The notes beneath the pieces were generated by a model that saw nothing but the letters and a program-made list of their open reading frames with translations, did not search any database and was not told where the DNA came from. Positions 37,649-46,559 of a stretch of DNA of 51,499 nucleotides are shown here, in pieces. Position 1 is the first letter of the stretch, and the number at the start of each line of letters is the position of its first letter. This stretch comes from a virus. The translations under genes and the position numbers were made by a program. The stretch is from the UHGV virus genome UHGV-1870764. One strand, 5' to 3'.

Positions 37649-38506
37649 ATGGGAATAATAGACGATATTAAAAAGGATGCAGACAAAACATTTACGAAAG
37701 TACAAAGTACACAGGAAAAAGAAATAGAACAAATGTTAAATGGTTTATTCTATTTAGATAAAGACATTCCGAAAGAACTTAAGTTTTTAAAAAGTGTAAT
37801 GACAAGGGGTGCAGAAACAACAGAAAGAAAAGGGTTACACGCCAGTGCAGTAATTGTATCAGATGATAAGTTTTGTATACGACAGCAAGTGTTATCATTA
37901 TTTTACAAACAGTTACAAGGAGAACAAGTACCAGTAGGATTAAGGAGAATATTCAGTGAGGGTGATGCAATCCATGAAAAATGGCAAAGGTTATTTATTA
38001 GGGGTGGCTTGTGTAAGCCACTAGATTGCGATTATAGCCGTTTTGCAGAAGAGTTCGACTTATCCTATACCCCCGATATAATATGCGAAATACCAGCAGA
38101 TTACAAGCTTGAAAGTGTATATGATGATAGTGTGGAAAAGATACCGTATATTGTAGAAATTAAAAGTGTAAATACATTTACATTTAAGAAACAAAAGTAT
38201 CATGCAAGCGGTAGAAAACAATGCCAGCTTTATATGTATTTAACAGGAATACACCATGGAATAGTTTTGTGTGATGATAAAAACACACAGGAATTTAAAG
38301 TATACCATTATGAATATAATCCGAGTGAAATTGCACAATACATTGGAAGATTGGAAAGAATACAGGAAAGTAAAACAAAGCTATTAGAACAAAACAAACT
38401 TGTAAAAAGGCACAAGAAATGTACAGGGTATAATTGTAAGATGGCAGAAGAATGTAACATGAAAGATATATGCTATGGAAAAACAAAAGAAAGGCTATCT
38501 AATTAA
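37649..38506 (+). CDS. PD-(D/E)XK nuclease, Cas4-like (C-terminal Cys cluster)
   Basis: YIVEIKSV is an (E)-x-K motif. The C-terminus carries CTGYNC...EECN...DICYG cysteines, as in Cas4/AddB-type nucleases. Confidence 0.5.
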   Translation: MGIIDDIKKDADKTFTKVQSTQEKEIEQMLNGLFYLDKDIPKELKFLKSVMTRGAETTERKGLHASAVIVSDDKFCIRQQVLSLFYKQLQGEQVPVGLRRIFSEGDAIHEKWQRLFIRGGLCKPLDCDYSRFAEEFDLSYTPDIICEIPADYKLESVYDDSVEKIPYIVEIKSVNTFTFKKQKYHASGRKQCQLYMYLTGIHHGIVLCDDKNTQEFKVYHYEYNPSEIAQYIGRLERIQESKTKLLEQNKLVKRHKKCTGYNCKMAEECNMKDICYGKTKERLSN

Positions 38507-38907
38507 TGGCAAAATATTGTAAAGCGTACGCACTCCGTGTAACATATTTAGATTGCATGGAGTGTGAAACAAAGGAGTGCAAAGGAATGCAGAATGTACA
38601 TAAAACATATTTACGATTACTTCCAGAACAGGAATGTTTTCTTGTATTTGTAAGTAAAAGGGAAAAGGCAAAGAAAAATGTTGTTTTAAAATGTATTGTA
38701 AAAGAATGTATAGTACGCAAAGAAGAAACATTGTATAATTTAAAACCAATTAAATGTGTAACAGATAAAAAGGAAAACATAGAAAGCTATAAACAAAACT
38801 TTTTATGTATTAACAGTACAATAGATACAGGAATAAGAAAAACACAAAGAGACATTTATCCAGTATTTACAAGCAAAGAAAAATGTTTGGAGTGGTTGAA
38901 AGCATGA
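38506..38907 (+). CDS. Cys-rich hypothetical protein
   Basis: CKAY...CMECETKECKG...KCIVKECIV and other cysteines. Confidence 0.35.
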   Translation: MAKYCKAYALRVTYLDCMECETKECKGMQNVHKTYLRLLPEQECFLVFVSKREKAKKNVVLKCIVKECIVRKEETLYNLKPIKCVTDKKENIESYKQNFLCINSTIDTGIRKTQRDIYPVFTSKEKCLEWLKA

Positions 38908-39362
38908 GGAAAATAAGTTGTGCAGAATGTTGTTATTTGAACAAAAACAAAAAGGAACAAACAAAGGAACAAAAGTTCTATAGATATGGATGCAGTAACA
39001 ATTTATTAAGTGGCTACATTATAGGATGGATTTCAAAAGACAGCGAACTTAAAACAATGGGATGTAGTGATTGCAACAGAATAGAAAATGGAACGCTGTT
39101 TAAATTAAAATCAGAAATTAACACATATACGATTCTGTATTGTGGTAAAGTAGGCAACAAATATCTTTTATATAACCAAAATCTTAAAACATTTAAACTT
39201 GTAAAAAGTACATGGGTTTCTGAACATATAAAAAGAATTCAGTTTTGTGAATGCAACGATACAAAGATGAACACAAAGAAAGATAAAATAGAATTTAGAA
39301 AGAAACTTGCAAAAGCTAAAAAGGAAAGGTATATAAGGGAGTATGGTTGTAATAGGAATTGA
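38904..39362 (+). CDS. Cys-rich hypothetical protein
   Basis: CAECCY, GCSNN, GCSDCN and FCECN motifs. GGAGTGG RBS. Confidence 0.35.
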   Translation: MRKISCAECCYLNKNKKEQTKEQKFYRYGCSNNLLSGYIIGWISKDSELKTMGCSDCNRIENGTLFKLKSEINTYTILYCGKVGNKYLLYNQNLKTFKLVKSTWVSEHIKRIQFCECNDTKMNTKKDKIEFRKKLAKAKKERYIREYGCNRN

Positions 39363-39969
39363 TGAAAGTTATACACGAACAGGAATTACAGTATTAGAAG
39401 ATAAAAAGCTGTTGAAAATGTATAGTATAGATTTTACGAGATGCAAAAATAACTATGATAAGCGTAAAGACCTTAGAAGCGTCCTAGAATCAATTTTAAA
39501 TGAGCTATTAAGGGAATATAAGCCTATTGAAATAAAATGTATTATAGAGCGAATTAGAACGTTTAGTGGTGGACATATGAGTTCACAGTATTTAATTACA
39601 ACAGGTGGTTTAATCGTAACAATATTAGATGTATTTCTAGCACATAATATAAAAGTCTATAGTGTAGAAACTAATAGTTGGAAAACACAGGTAGTTGGAA
39701 CAAATAAACCAAAAGAGAATAAATATGGAATAAATCCTAACAAATATCCTACAATCTTGTATTTAAAGCAGAAAGGACTTTTAAAATATATAGCCGAGGA
39801 ATATAAGGGGAGGGGTAAGAAAGGCGTTATAAACGTTAAAATAGGAACAGAGAAAGGCACTGTAAGTGTTCCTTGTAAAATAAATGATGATATGGCAGAT
39901 AGCTATTGTATTGCTATGTATGGGTTCATTCATAAAACAAAACAAAAACTAAAAGAAGAAACATTTTAG
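39343..39969 (+). CDS. RuvC-like Holliday junction resolvase
   Basis: N-terminal VIGIDESYTRTGITVL (catalytic Asp/Glu) and C-terminal NDDMADSYCIAMYG (DDxAD-like). Confidence 0.55.
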   Translation: MVVIGIDESYTRTGITVLEDKKLLKMYSIDFTRCKNNYDKRKDLRSVLESILNELLREYKPIEIKCIIERIRTFSGGHMSSQYLITTGGLIVTILDVFLAHNIKVYSVETNSWKTQVVGTNKPKENKYGINPNKYPTILYLKQKGLLKYIAEEYKGRGKKGVINVKIGTEKGTVSVPCKINDDMADSYCIAMYGFIHKTKQKLKEETF

Positions 39970-40000
39970 GGAACGTATAAAAAGCGTTCCTTTTTTTTGT
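39970..40000 (+). terminator. rho-independent terminator
   Basis: GGAACG-TATAAAAAG-CGTTCC followed by TTTTTTTT. Confidence 0.75.
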
Positions 40001-40013
40001 TAACAAAAAGTAT

Positions 40014-40042
40014 TTGACAAAACATTAAAATTATAGTATTAT
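40014..40042 (+). promoter_or_regulatory. sigma-A promoter (TTGACA-N17-TATTAT)
   Basis: TTGACA at 40014-40019 and TATTAT at 40037-40042. Confidence 0.5.
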
Positions 40043-40089
40043 ATGTACAGAAACGAATAGTAGTCATAAACAAAATAGGAGTGATATGC

Positions 40090-40305
40090 ATGAAATTAAA
40101 AACAGAAAAAGAAATAAACAATTATATCGAAGCTTGCAAAAAATTAATTGCTAAAAATAATAACAGACCTTGTATTGAATGGCAATGCGGAGAATCATTA
40201 GTCAAAAGGTGCGATAAAGAGCCTTGTAAATGGTGCTGTTATTATAATTGTTCTTGTTGTATTCATAGAGATGAGTGTGTTTTAAAAATGTTAAATAAAT
40301 CATAA
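40090..40305 (+). CDS. small Cys-rich protein, paralog 1 (NNxPC-x-W-x-C family)
   Basis: AKNNNRPCIEWQCGESLVKRCDKEPCKWCCYYNCSCCIHRDECV. AGGAGTG RBS. Confidence 0.5.
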   Translation: MKLKTEKEINNYIEACKKLIAKNNNRPCIEWQCGESLVKRCDKEPCKWCCYYNCSCCIHRDECVLKMLNKS

Positions 40306-40331
40306 GTAATACAAATATATATTGAATTTAA

Positions 40332-40357
40332 GGTAGCCTAAAAAGCTGCCTTTTATT
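40332..40357 (+). terminator. rho-independent terminator
   Basis: GGTAGC-CTAAAAA-GCTGCC followed by TTTTATT. Confidence 0.55.
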
Positions 40358-40468
40358 ATACCTTTAGAGCTTGTATTTTACGTTTCTAGCGTATTTACAT
40401 AGTTCAGTAATAAAAATATAGGGCAAAGGTATAAAGTGTCTTAAATCGTTAAATAGGAGGGTTAGGGA

Positions 40469-41068
40469 ATGGAGAAATTCACAGGCAAAACATATGAAGA
40501 ATATAAAGAGTATGCAAAGAAAAGAAGAAGTAAAAGTGCTATTTGTAGAAAGTATGATAGGGAGTTTATTGAGTACAAACAAAAACATGATGATGTTCCA
40601 ATGATAAATGGTGGCATAATGAGCAATAAAACAAATGATCCATACATGTATTTTTGTACTATTGGTGATGGTTTTGTAGAAGATAATAAAACATATATGA
40701 CCTCAAACTATTACACGATTGAATTCTATAGTGGTATTAAGGGATGCACAATATACAAAGCTATGAATGGTAGTATACACTATAAATGTTTTATTTGTGG
40801 AGGTAGTGTTGACATATTTGGTAAAAACCATTGGAGTGCCGGATGTAGAGTGTATGAGGATTTGGAAATTGAAGAGATTGTTAAAAAGTTAGTTAATAAA
40901 GATTGGACAACATTTTATAATGTAAAACATAACAAAAACAAACCAAACTATATATTTCTAAAACAAATGAAACAAAGATTAATAAAAACATTAGTGTATA
41001 ACAAAATAATATATAAACGTAAAAATGGAACATATGAAGAATACAAGTATTATGGATTGCTAGAATAA
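40469..41068 (+). CDS. hypothetical protein
   Basis: An AGGAGGG RBS. 199 aa with several cysteines. Confidence 0.45.
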   Translation: MEKFTGKTYEEYKEYAKKRRSKSAICRKYDREFIEYKQKHDDVPMINGGIMSNKTNDPYMYFCTIGDGFVEDNKTYMTSNYYTIEFYSGIKGCTIYKAMNGSIHYKCFICGGSVDIFGKNHWSAGCRVYEDLEIEEIVKKLVNKDWTTFYNVKHNKNKPNYIFLKQMKQRLIKTLVYNKIIYKRKNGTYEEYKYYGLLE

Positions 41069-41138
41069 ATTTTCTTTTTGTATATATATTTATATATATA
41101 TTTTTCTTTATAAAGCTATACAGCTTATATTATAAAAG

Positions 41139-41175
41139 TTAAAATAGTTATTGTTTATTTTTAAAATAGTTATTG
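41139..41175 (+). repeat. 15-nt direct repeat TTAAAATAGTTATTG x2 in AT-rich intergenic region
   Basis: Identical copies at 41139-41153 and 41161-41175. The second overlaps the -35 element. Confidence 0.6.
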
Positions 41176-41201
41176 ACATATAATAACAAATGTATTATAG
41201 T
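41173..41201 (+). promoter_or_regulatory. sigma-A promoter (TTGACA-N17-TATAGT)
   Basis: TTGACA at 41173-41178 and TATAGT at 41196-41201. Confidence 0.45.
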
Positions 41202-41291
41202 ATTATTTGTAAACAAGATAACAGTGATATAAACAAATAAGAAGAATAAAACAGATTAGAAGAAAATATAATAACAAAGGAGGAATAACAA

Positions 41292-41606
41292 ATGTATATT
41301 TTTCCATCATATTGGACAGATAAATTAAAAATAGATTTCCTACAAAGAGTTGTTCTAATACATAGTTATTTGTACTATGAAGAGGATAATCCAAAATGGA
41401 GTGATAAAAAGTTTGATGAAGTAGCGAAACAGTTAGTAAGAGAACAAGAACAATATTCACAGAAAACAATTAGAATAAATACACAGTATGGATATGTTTT
41501 CTATGATTTTGATGGAACAACAGGTTTTGATTTGTTTAGTAGGCTGAATGGGATGGATAAACAGTTCATTGGTAAACTAGCAAAACAAATTATAAAAGGT
41601 GAATAG
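41292..41606 (+). CDS. hypothetical protein
   Basis: AAAGGAGG RBS. Confidence 0.45.
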   Translation: MYIFPSYWTDKLKIDFLQRVVLIHSYLYYEEDNPKWSDKKFDEVAKQLVREQEQYSQKTIRINTQYGYVFYDFDGTTGFDLFSRLNGMDKQFIGKLAKQIIKGE

Positions 41607-41648
41607 GTAAAACAAAATGGTGTGATGGAATAAGTAGGGGTGAAGTAA

Positions 41649-41879
41649 ATGGTAAATAAACATCCATTACAGAAAGACATAGAACAGGAAAGAATAAAAG
41701 GCGCAATAAATATTTTATTAAAAAGGCATAATAATCTTCCTTGTTTGAAATGGGAATGTAGGAATGGTAATTGTTTAGCACGTAAACATAAAGACTGTGG
41801 TAGAGAATGCCAGTTCTTTAGCTGTTTAGGTTGTAAATATGTTAGTGAATGTGTAGGAGAAATAACAAAAGTACAATAG
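41649..41879 (+). CDS. small Cys-rich protein, paralog 2 (NNxPC-x-W-x-C family)
   Basis: LKRHNNLPCLKWECRNGNCLARKHKDCGRECQFFSCLGCKYVSECV. It aligns with the 40090 protein. Confidence 0.5.
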   Translation: MVNKHPLQKDIEQERIKGAINILLKRHNNLPCLKWECRNGNCLARKHKDCGRECQFFSCLGCKYVSECVGEITKVQ

Positions 41880-41894
41880 GAAGGTAAAACAAAC

Positions 41895-42419
41895 ATGGAA
41901 CAGAACATACTAAAAAGGTATAATGAAATACATATAATGCTTTGGGAAGAAGTAATAAAAGTATTTGCGGCTAGAACAAAAGAAAGTATTGAATATTTTA
42001 GAGAAAATCAAGAACAAATAGAAACATTATATATTACATCATTAAAAAGAACAGCATTATTTAATTTATTTGTTAGAGGACAGATAACAGAACAAGAAAA
42101 GAACAATTTGTTAATGAATGCTGATTGTGCCGCTTGTTATGTTGCTGATGCTGTACAGTCAATAGAGTTCAGAAGAGGTAATGTTAATTGGGATGGTATT
42201 CGTTGTGTATATTGTCCAATAAAGAAATGGAACACTACGAATATGCATTGTAATGATTACCACACAGTAGAGGACAAACTAGACTATTTAATTAATCGCA
42301 TAGTAAATTGTATTACTCACAGAGAAAAGTTCAATCTAGGGGCATATATGAAGCTTAGAAAGGACATTATAAAGAAGATATATATAGTAGCACATTTAGA
42401 ATGGAGGTATGAAGAGTAA
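41895..42419 (+). CDS. hypothetical protein
   Basis: GGAAGG RBS. 174 aa. Confidence 0.45.
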   Translation: MEQNILKRYNEIHIMLWEEVIKVFAARTKESIEYFRENQEQIETLYITSLKRTALFNLFVRGQITEQEKNNLLMNADCAACYVADAVQSIEFRRGNVNWDGIRCVYCPIKKWNTTNMHCNDYHTVEDKLDYLINRIVNCITHREKFNLGAYMKLRKDIIKKIYIVAHLEWRYEE

Positions 42420-42632
42420 ATGTTAAATGGAAAAGGAAGTAACTATAGTTATGTTATAGTACAAACAGAAACAAAATTCAGAGACTTGTTTGGAACAGCA
42501 GAACTAAATGAAGCAAGAAAGAATTATAGAACAAAAAGCACACATAAACTTGGTTTAGGTTATATAAAATACCTTGAAGCATTAACAAAACAAAAACTAA
42601 AAGAACAGGATGGAGAAGAAAATGAGGATTGA
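42420..42632 (+). CDS. hypothetical small protein
   Basis: GGAGGT RBS. Confidence 0.4.
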   Translation: MLNGKGSNYSYVIVQTETKFRDLFGTAELNEARKNYRTKSTHKLGLGYIKYLEALTKQKLKEQDGEENED

Positions 42633-43110
42633 AAAAGAATATTGTGTACAGGAACTTGCAAACAAAGTAAAGGAAGAAATTGGAAATTGTGGAACAAGGT
42701 GTGTTGGTATTGATATTATAGTAGCACAGAAGATTGTAGATGTTTTGGAAACAGTAGCAAGTTGGGAAAACAAAAGAACAAAACTAAGAGATATAAGGGA
42801 AGAAATATTAAAACAAAATTGTTTTGGAACGTATGAGGATAATAACTTGGAATGTCAATGTTGTGATAGTAAAAAAGAATGTGTGAATGAGACAGAAGAA
42901 AGAGAGGAATGTGAAAAGAAAAGAACGTTGTGTGATGATTGTTTGATGCGTAGTTATTGTAATGCAGATTGTACAAATGAACATATCACAAAACAAATGT
43001 TAGGAGATTTAGAAAATTGTTTTGGAAAATCTTATGGTAGAAGATACGCTACTGCATGTAAGACTTGCAAATATAAAGAGCAATGTAAGGAGCTAACAAA
43101 ACATGAATAA
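42622..43110 (+). CDS. Cys-rich hypothetical protein
   Basis: Many CxxC/CxC pairs (CQCCDSKKEC, CDDCLMRSYCNADC, CKTCKYKEQC). Confidence 0.4.
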   Translation: MRIEKEYCVQELANKVKEEIGNCGTRCVGIDIIVAQKIVDVLETVASWENKRTKLRDIREEILKQNCFGTYEDNNLECQCCDSKKECVNETEEREECEKKRTLCDDCLMRSYCNADCTNEHITKQMLGDLENCFGKSYGRRYATACKTCKYKEQCKELTKHE

Positions 43111-43792
43111 ACGTAGTACAAAATGGTATAGAAAGAATGAAGCAGAAGTAATGCATCGGTTAGGTTTAAAGCCTACAAAAAACAGTGGTGCTGGATGGAT
43201 AGAAAAATGTGACGGTGAAAATGAACATTTCCTTTGTGAACTTAAAAGTACAGACCATGAAAGTTTCAGTATTAAACAAAGTGTACTCCATGTATTAGAG
43301 CATCATGCTTTAGAAGCTCATAAAATACCTCTATTTGCCTTTCAATTCATTAACAGGGATGAAGTATGGGTTGCAATAAAAGAAGAGGATATACAGGCAT
43401 ATAGGGAGATTATAGAGCGTGATGTATTAAACAAGCTTGCAGAAGAAAATGAAGAATTCTTAAAAAAATATAAAATCTGCAAAAAGGGTATTGACAACCA
43501 AAGTGAAGAAGAGTATTATAAGGGGGAGAAAGAAAGAGGGGGTTCTGAAGCTGTTAGCTTCATGCCCAACACAGATAAGTTAAACAGCTTAGATTCTAAC
43601 TCAACACAAAGAAATAGTAATATAAAACAAAGTATTGATGTTATAGATGTTAATAAAGTAAAACATAACATAAATGCTAGAAATAACTATTTCAAACAAA
43701 AAGAACAAGAAAGAAGAAAACAAGAACAGAAGTTTAGAACAGAAAGGAGAAAAACAAAACAGTGGAAAGAAAGTTACAACAAAAAGGGATAG
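43103..43792 (+). CDS. PD-(D/E)XK nuclease-like protein with basic C-terminal tail
   Basis: GAGWIEKCDGENEHFLCELKS has a D...E-x-K arrangement. K/R-rich C-terminus. Confidence 0.4.
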   Translation: MNKRSTKWYRKNEAEVMHRLGLKPTKNSGAGWIEKCDGENEHFLCELKSTDHESFSIKQSVLHVLEHHALEAHKIPLFAFQFINRDEVWVAIKEEDIQAYREIIERDVLNKLAEENEEFLKKYKICKKGIDNQSEEEYYKGEKERGGSEAVSFMPNTDKLNSLDSNSTQRNSNIKQSIDVIDVNKVKHNINARNNYFKQKEQERRKQEQKFRTERRKTKQWKESYNKKG

Positions 43793-44148
43793 CTACTTTT
43801 GAGGGTTTAACTATTGGGAAAAACAAAACAGTACAAGTTAAGTTTAAACTCCGATATGATGAAATCCTAACAAGTGTAGAACTGTTACAAGGGCTAAACA
43901 ATGATATTACTTTACATGCAAAAGGAGCTACAAGTAGAGCAGTAAACTTGGGTATGTTTACTATTGGAGCAATCAACTTTGACAAAGATGGAAATGCAAC
44001 AATCCCATTTAAGTCACTTGTGGAAAATGTAAATTTAGATAATATTTGTTCATTGGTGGATGAAGAATATATCATGCTCAAGTTTATGGCAGTATTAGAA
44101 CTTCCAGACAATGGAGAAGAGGGAGGTGGAGAAGAATGGGAAGATTAA
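43762..44148 (+). CDS. hypothetical protein with acidic C-terminus (start uncertain)
   Basis: GTG start overlapping the previous gene. It ends PDNGEEGGGEEWED. Confidence 0.35.
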   Translation: MERKLQQKGIATFEGLTIGKNKTVQVKFKLRYDEILTSVELLQGLNNDITLHAKGATSRAVNLGMFTIGAINFDKDGNATIPFKSLVENVNLDNICSLVDEEYIMLKFMAVLELPDNGEEGGGEEWED

Positions 44149-44432
44149 CATTTAGAGAACTTTCCTCAAAGCGTTTTAAGGACAGAAGAAACGTAGTAAT
44201 TTCAGAAGCATACAACAGTGAAACAAACAAAGTAGGTTATAGTGTTGCAGAACAGCTTGTAACAGAAGAGGATGGAAAAGAAACAAAGGTATTTCTTAAA
44301 GGCAGTTTGGGAATCCTTGATGAAGATGGTCTAATTGCTTTAGCAGATTGTGTTCTTGAAGCATGTGAAGCTGTTGGGCTTGTAGACCCTTTCATTGATG
44401 TTAGAACACAGTCCGAAGAAGAAAGCAAATAA
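44136..44432 (+). CDS. hypothetical protein
   Basis: GGAGGTGGAG RBS. Confidence 0.4.
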   Translation: MGRLTFRELSSKRFKDRRNVVISEAYNSETNKVGYSVAEQLVTEEDGKETKVFLKGSLGILDEDGLIALADCVLEACEAVGLVDPFIDVRTQSEEESK

Positions 44433-44448
44433 AAAGTTTAAATAACTG

Positions 44449-44477
44449 TTGACAAAACATAAACAATATGTTAATAT
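44449..44477 (+). promoter_or_regulatory. sigma-A promoter (TTGACA-N17-TGtTAATAT)
   Basis: TTGACA at 44449-44454 and an extended -10 ending at 44477. Confidence 0.55.
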
Positions 44478-44539
44478 TTAAGAGTAAACAAAATAAATCA
44501 AACAAGACAAAATCAAAGAGAAAAAAAGGAGAATGAAAG

Positions 44540-45232
44540 ATGGCAAAGAATTGGACAGCCTATGAAGCGGCAAAAGAAATTATTGATGGAAAGAACAAAG
44601 AAAACATCTGTGAGATTGGTTCACGTTATCCAATGCTTACAAGAGAGGTAGCAGTTGCGGGAGATAAGATTCTTGTAATTCTTAAAGCACTTCCAAAGGT
44701 TACAGCAAGAGTTCTTGAAACAGGACTTAAAGATGGTGTGGAAGTTGAAACAGAAGTAGAAGAGGAAACAAAAGAAGCTGAAACAGAAGTAGAGGATGAT
44801 GAACTTGACTACACTGATATGACAGGTGCAAACCTTTACAAACTCTGTTGTGCAAGAGGAATCTCTTCTAAGTGTAAATCAAGAAAGAAAGATGCGCTGA
44901 TTGAACTTCTTGAAAAGTTCGATAGAGGTGAACTTGACGAGGAAGAGCCTAAGAAAGAAACAAAGAAAGCTAAAGCAACATCTAAGAAACAGGCTAAGAA
45001 AGAAGAAGAGCCAGTTGATGAAGATGATGATTGGGATACAGAGGATGAAGAAGAGAAAGACCCATATGATGGTAAAACAGCAATGGAGCTTTTCAAAATG
45101 TGTAAAGAACGTGGCATCAAAGCAAAAACAAAGATGAAAGCAGATGCATATGTTAAACTTCTGAAAGCCGCTGATGCAGAGTCCGAAGCAGAAGAAGTAG
45201 AGGATGATGAAGATGATGATTGGGAAATCTAA
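44540..45232 (+). CDS. protein with two HeH/Rho-N motifs and acidic DDDWEI C-terminus (paralogous to SSB C-terminal region)
   Basis: TGANLYKLCCARGISSKCKSRKKDALIELLEK and TAMELFKMCKERGIKAKTKMKADAYVKLLKA. C-terminal EDDEDDDWEI. Confidence 0.5.
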   Translation: MAKNWTAYEAAKEIIDGKNKENICEIGSRYPMLTREVAVAGDKILVILKALPKVTARVLETGLKDGVEVETEVEEETKEAETEVEDDELDYTDMTGANLYKLCCARGISSKCKSRKKDALIELLEKFDRGELDEEEPKKETKKAKATSKKQAKKEEEPVDEDDDWDTEDEEEKDPYDGKTAMELFKMCKERGIKAKTKMKADAYVKLLKAADAESEAEEVEDDEDDDWEI

Positions 45233-45271
45233 AACAAATAAATAAAACAAACGTTGCATAGATGTTGATAA

Positions 45272-45311
45272 AAGGCAGGGGGTAGGAATTATTCTATTTC
45301 TTGCCTTTTTA
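45272..45311 (+). terminator. weak/putative terminator (6-bp stem, 24-nt loop, T-run)
   Basis: AAGGCA...TGCCTT followed by TTTTAATT. Confidence 0.3.
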
Positions 45312-45329
45312 ATTAAGAGGAATAAAACA

Positions 45330-45725
45330 ATGAAAACAGAAGAGATTTTAAACTTAGATTGCACAAAACAGGAGAACATAAAAACATTAAACAATTTTCT
45401 TTGGAAAGTAAAACCAGTTGCAAAGATGCTTGAAAAACAAAACTATACAAAAACAGAGATTGCACCACTTGAAATATTAGAAAAAGCAATGCAAGGAATT
45501 TGTATAAGATATAACTACAGAACACAGAGTTTTATGCCATATTATGAACAGCTTAATGAAACAAGAAAGTTTGTATTCTATTCATGCTGTTGCATAAAGG
45601 TAAGAGAAAAGCATGATTGGATTGGAACAGTGTATGGTAAAACATTGTGGGAGTTAGTTGCAAAGATTATTGTGAAATTATATGCAGACATTAAAGCAGA
45701 TGCAAAGAAAGGAACAAATGAATGA
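45330..45725 (+). CDS. hypothetical protein
   Basis: AGAGGAAT RBS. Confidence 0.4.
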   Translation: MKTEEILNLDCTKQENIKTLNNFLWKVKPVAKMLEKQNYTKTEIAPLEILEKAMQGICIRYNYRTQSFMPYYEQLNETRKFVFYSCCCIKVREKHDWIGTVYGKTLWELVAKIIVKLYADIKADAKKGTNE

Positions 45726-46189
45726 AAGAATTGATATTTTATACAGATGGTGCTTGTAGTGGAAACCCCGGTATAGGTGGATGGAGCTATGTTGAACTTG
45801 TAAAATGTGACAGCGGATTCAAAACAAGTGTAACAAAAGGGAACAAACGAAACACAACAAACAATGAAATGGAATTAACAGGGGTATATATGGCATTAGT
45901 AAAAGCCTTTAAGAGTAAAGCAAAAAAGGTGACAGTATATTGTGATAGTGCGTATGTTGTGAATGCTATAATAAAAGGGTGGCTTTTAAACTGGTATAAA
46001 AACGGATGGAAAACAAAAGAGGATAAGCCAGTGAAAAATAAACACATATGGGAAAAGATGTTCAAGTTAGTGTATGAAAAGAAAATGGTGATAAACATGG
46101 TACACGTAAAAGGACATAATGGAGACCCACTAAATGAGCTTGCAGATAGAAGTGCAGTAGAAGCAAAGCAAGAGTTATCGGAGGATTAA
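45722..46189 (+). CDS. rnhA: ribonuclease H (type 1)
   Basis: FYTDGACSGNPGIGGWSYV, YCDSAYVVNAI and HVKGHNGDPLNELADRSA are canonical RNase HI blocks. Confidence 0.8.
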   Translation: MKELIFYTDGACSGNPGIGGWSYVELVKCDSGFKTSVTKGNKRNTTNNEMELTGVYMALVKAFKSKAKKVTVYCDSAYVVNAIIKGWLLNWYKNGWKTKEDKPVKNKHIWEKMFKLVYEKKMVINMVHVKGHNGDPLNELADRSAVEAKQELSED

Positions 46190-46193
46190 AGCC

Positions 46194-46559
46194 ATGTTAA
46201 TAGCAGAAAAGATTATAAGTAAACAGTTCAAAGCTAAAACAATGAAACAGGCATACCTTGAATGCTGTAAATGGATATCAACAAACATTATAGCAAAGAA
46301 TAATTCTAAAAACATAAGCTACAGCATAAAGAAAAATGAAAGTAGTGGAATTGGTTGTGTAGAATTAGAAGTATATGTTATGGCAGATGAAAAAGAAGTG
46401 TTTGAGCATAACTGTGAAATATGCAAAGAGTTTGCCGGAGCATTCTTTAACAAAGAAAATAAATACAGATGTGAAGTTTGCAAAACTCCACCATACAGAA
46501 AAAGGCTTGAAACAAAATTGGAAACATTAAAAATGGGATTGAAAGGCAAGGTACTATGA
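46194..46559 (+). CDS. hypothetical protein with C-terminal zinc ribbon
   Basis: CEICKEF...CEVCK. Confidence 0.4.
   Translation: MLIAEKIISKQFKAKTMKQAYLECCKWISTNIIAKNNSKNISYSIKKNESSGIGCVELEVYVMADEKEVFEHNCEICKEFAGAFFNKENKYRCEVCKTPPYRKRLETKLETLKMGLKGKVL

Noticed and set aside
37480-37671. Track ORF of 63 aa in the RecA-nuclease intergenic region
   Set aside because: No RBS. It starts inside the stop region of the upstream gene and overlaps the start and RBS of 37649. The intergenic sequence looks more like a structured spacer (TTCTGT...ACAGAA hairpin).
45254-45293. Promoter upstream of 45330 (TTGCAT or TTGATA candidates)
   Set aside because: Neither -35 candidate has a convincing -10 at 16-18 nt spacing. 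The gene is probably transcribed from the 44449 promoter through a weak terminator.
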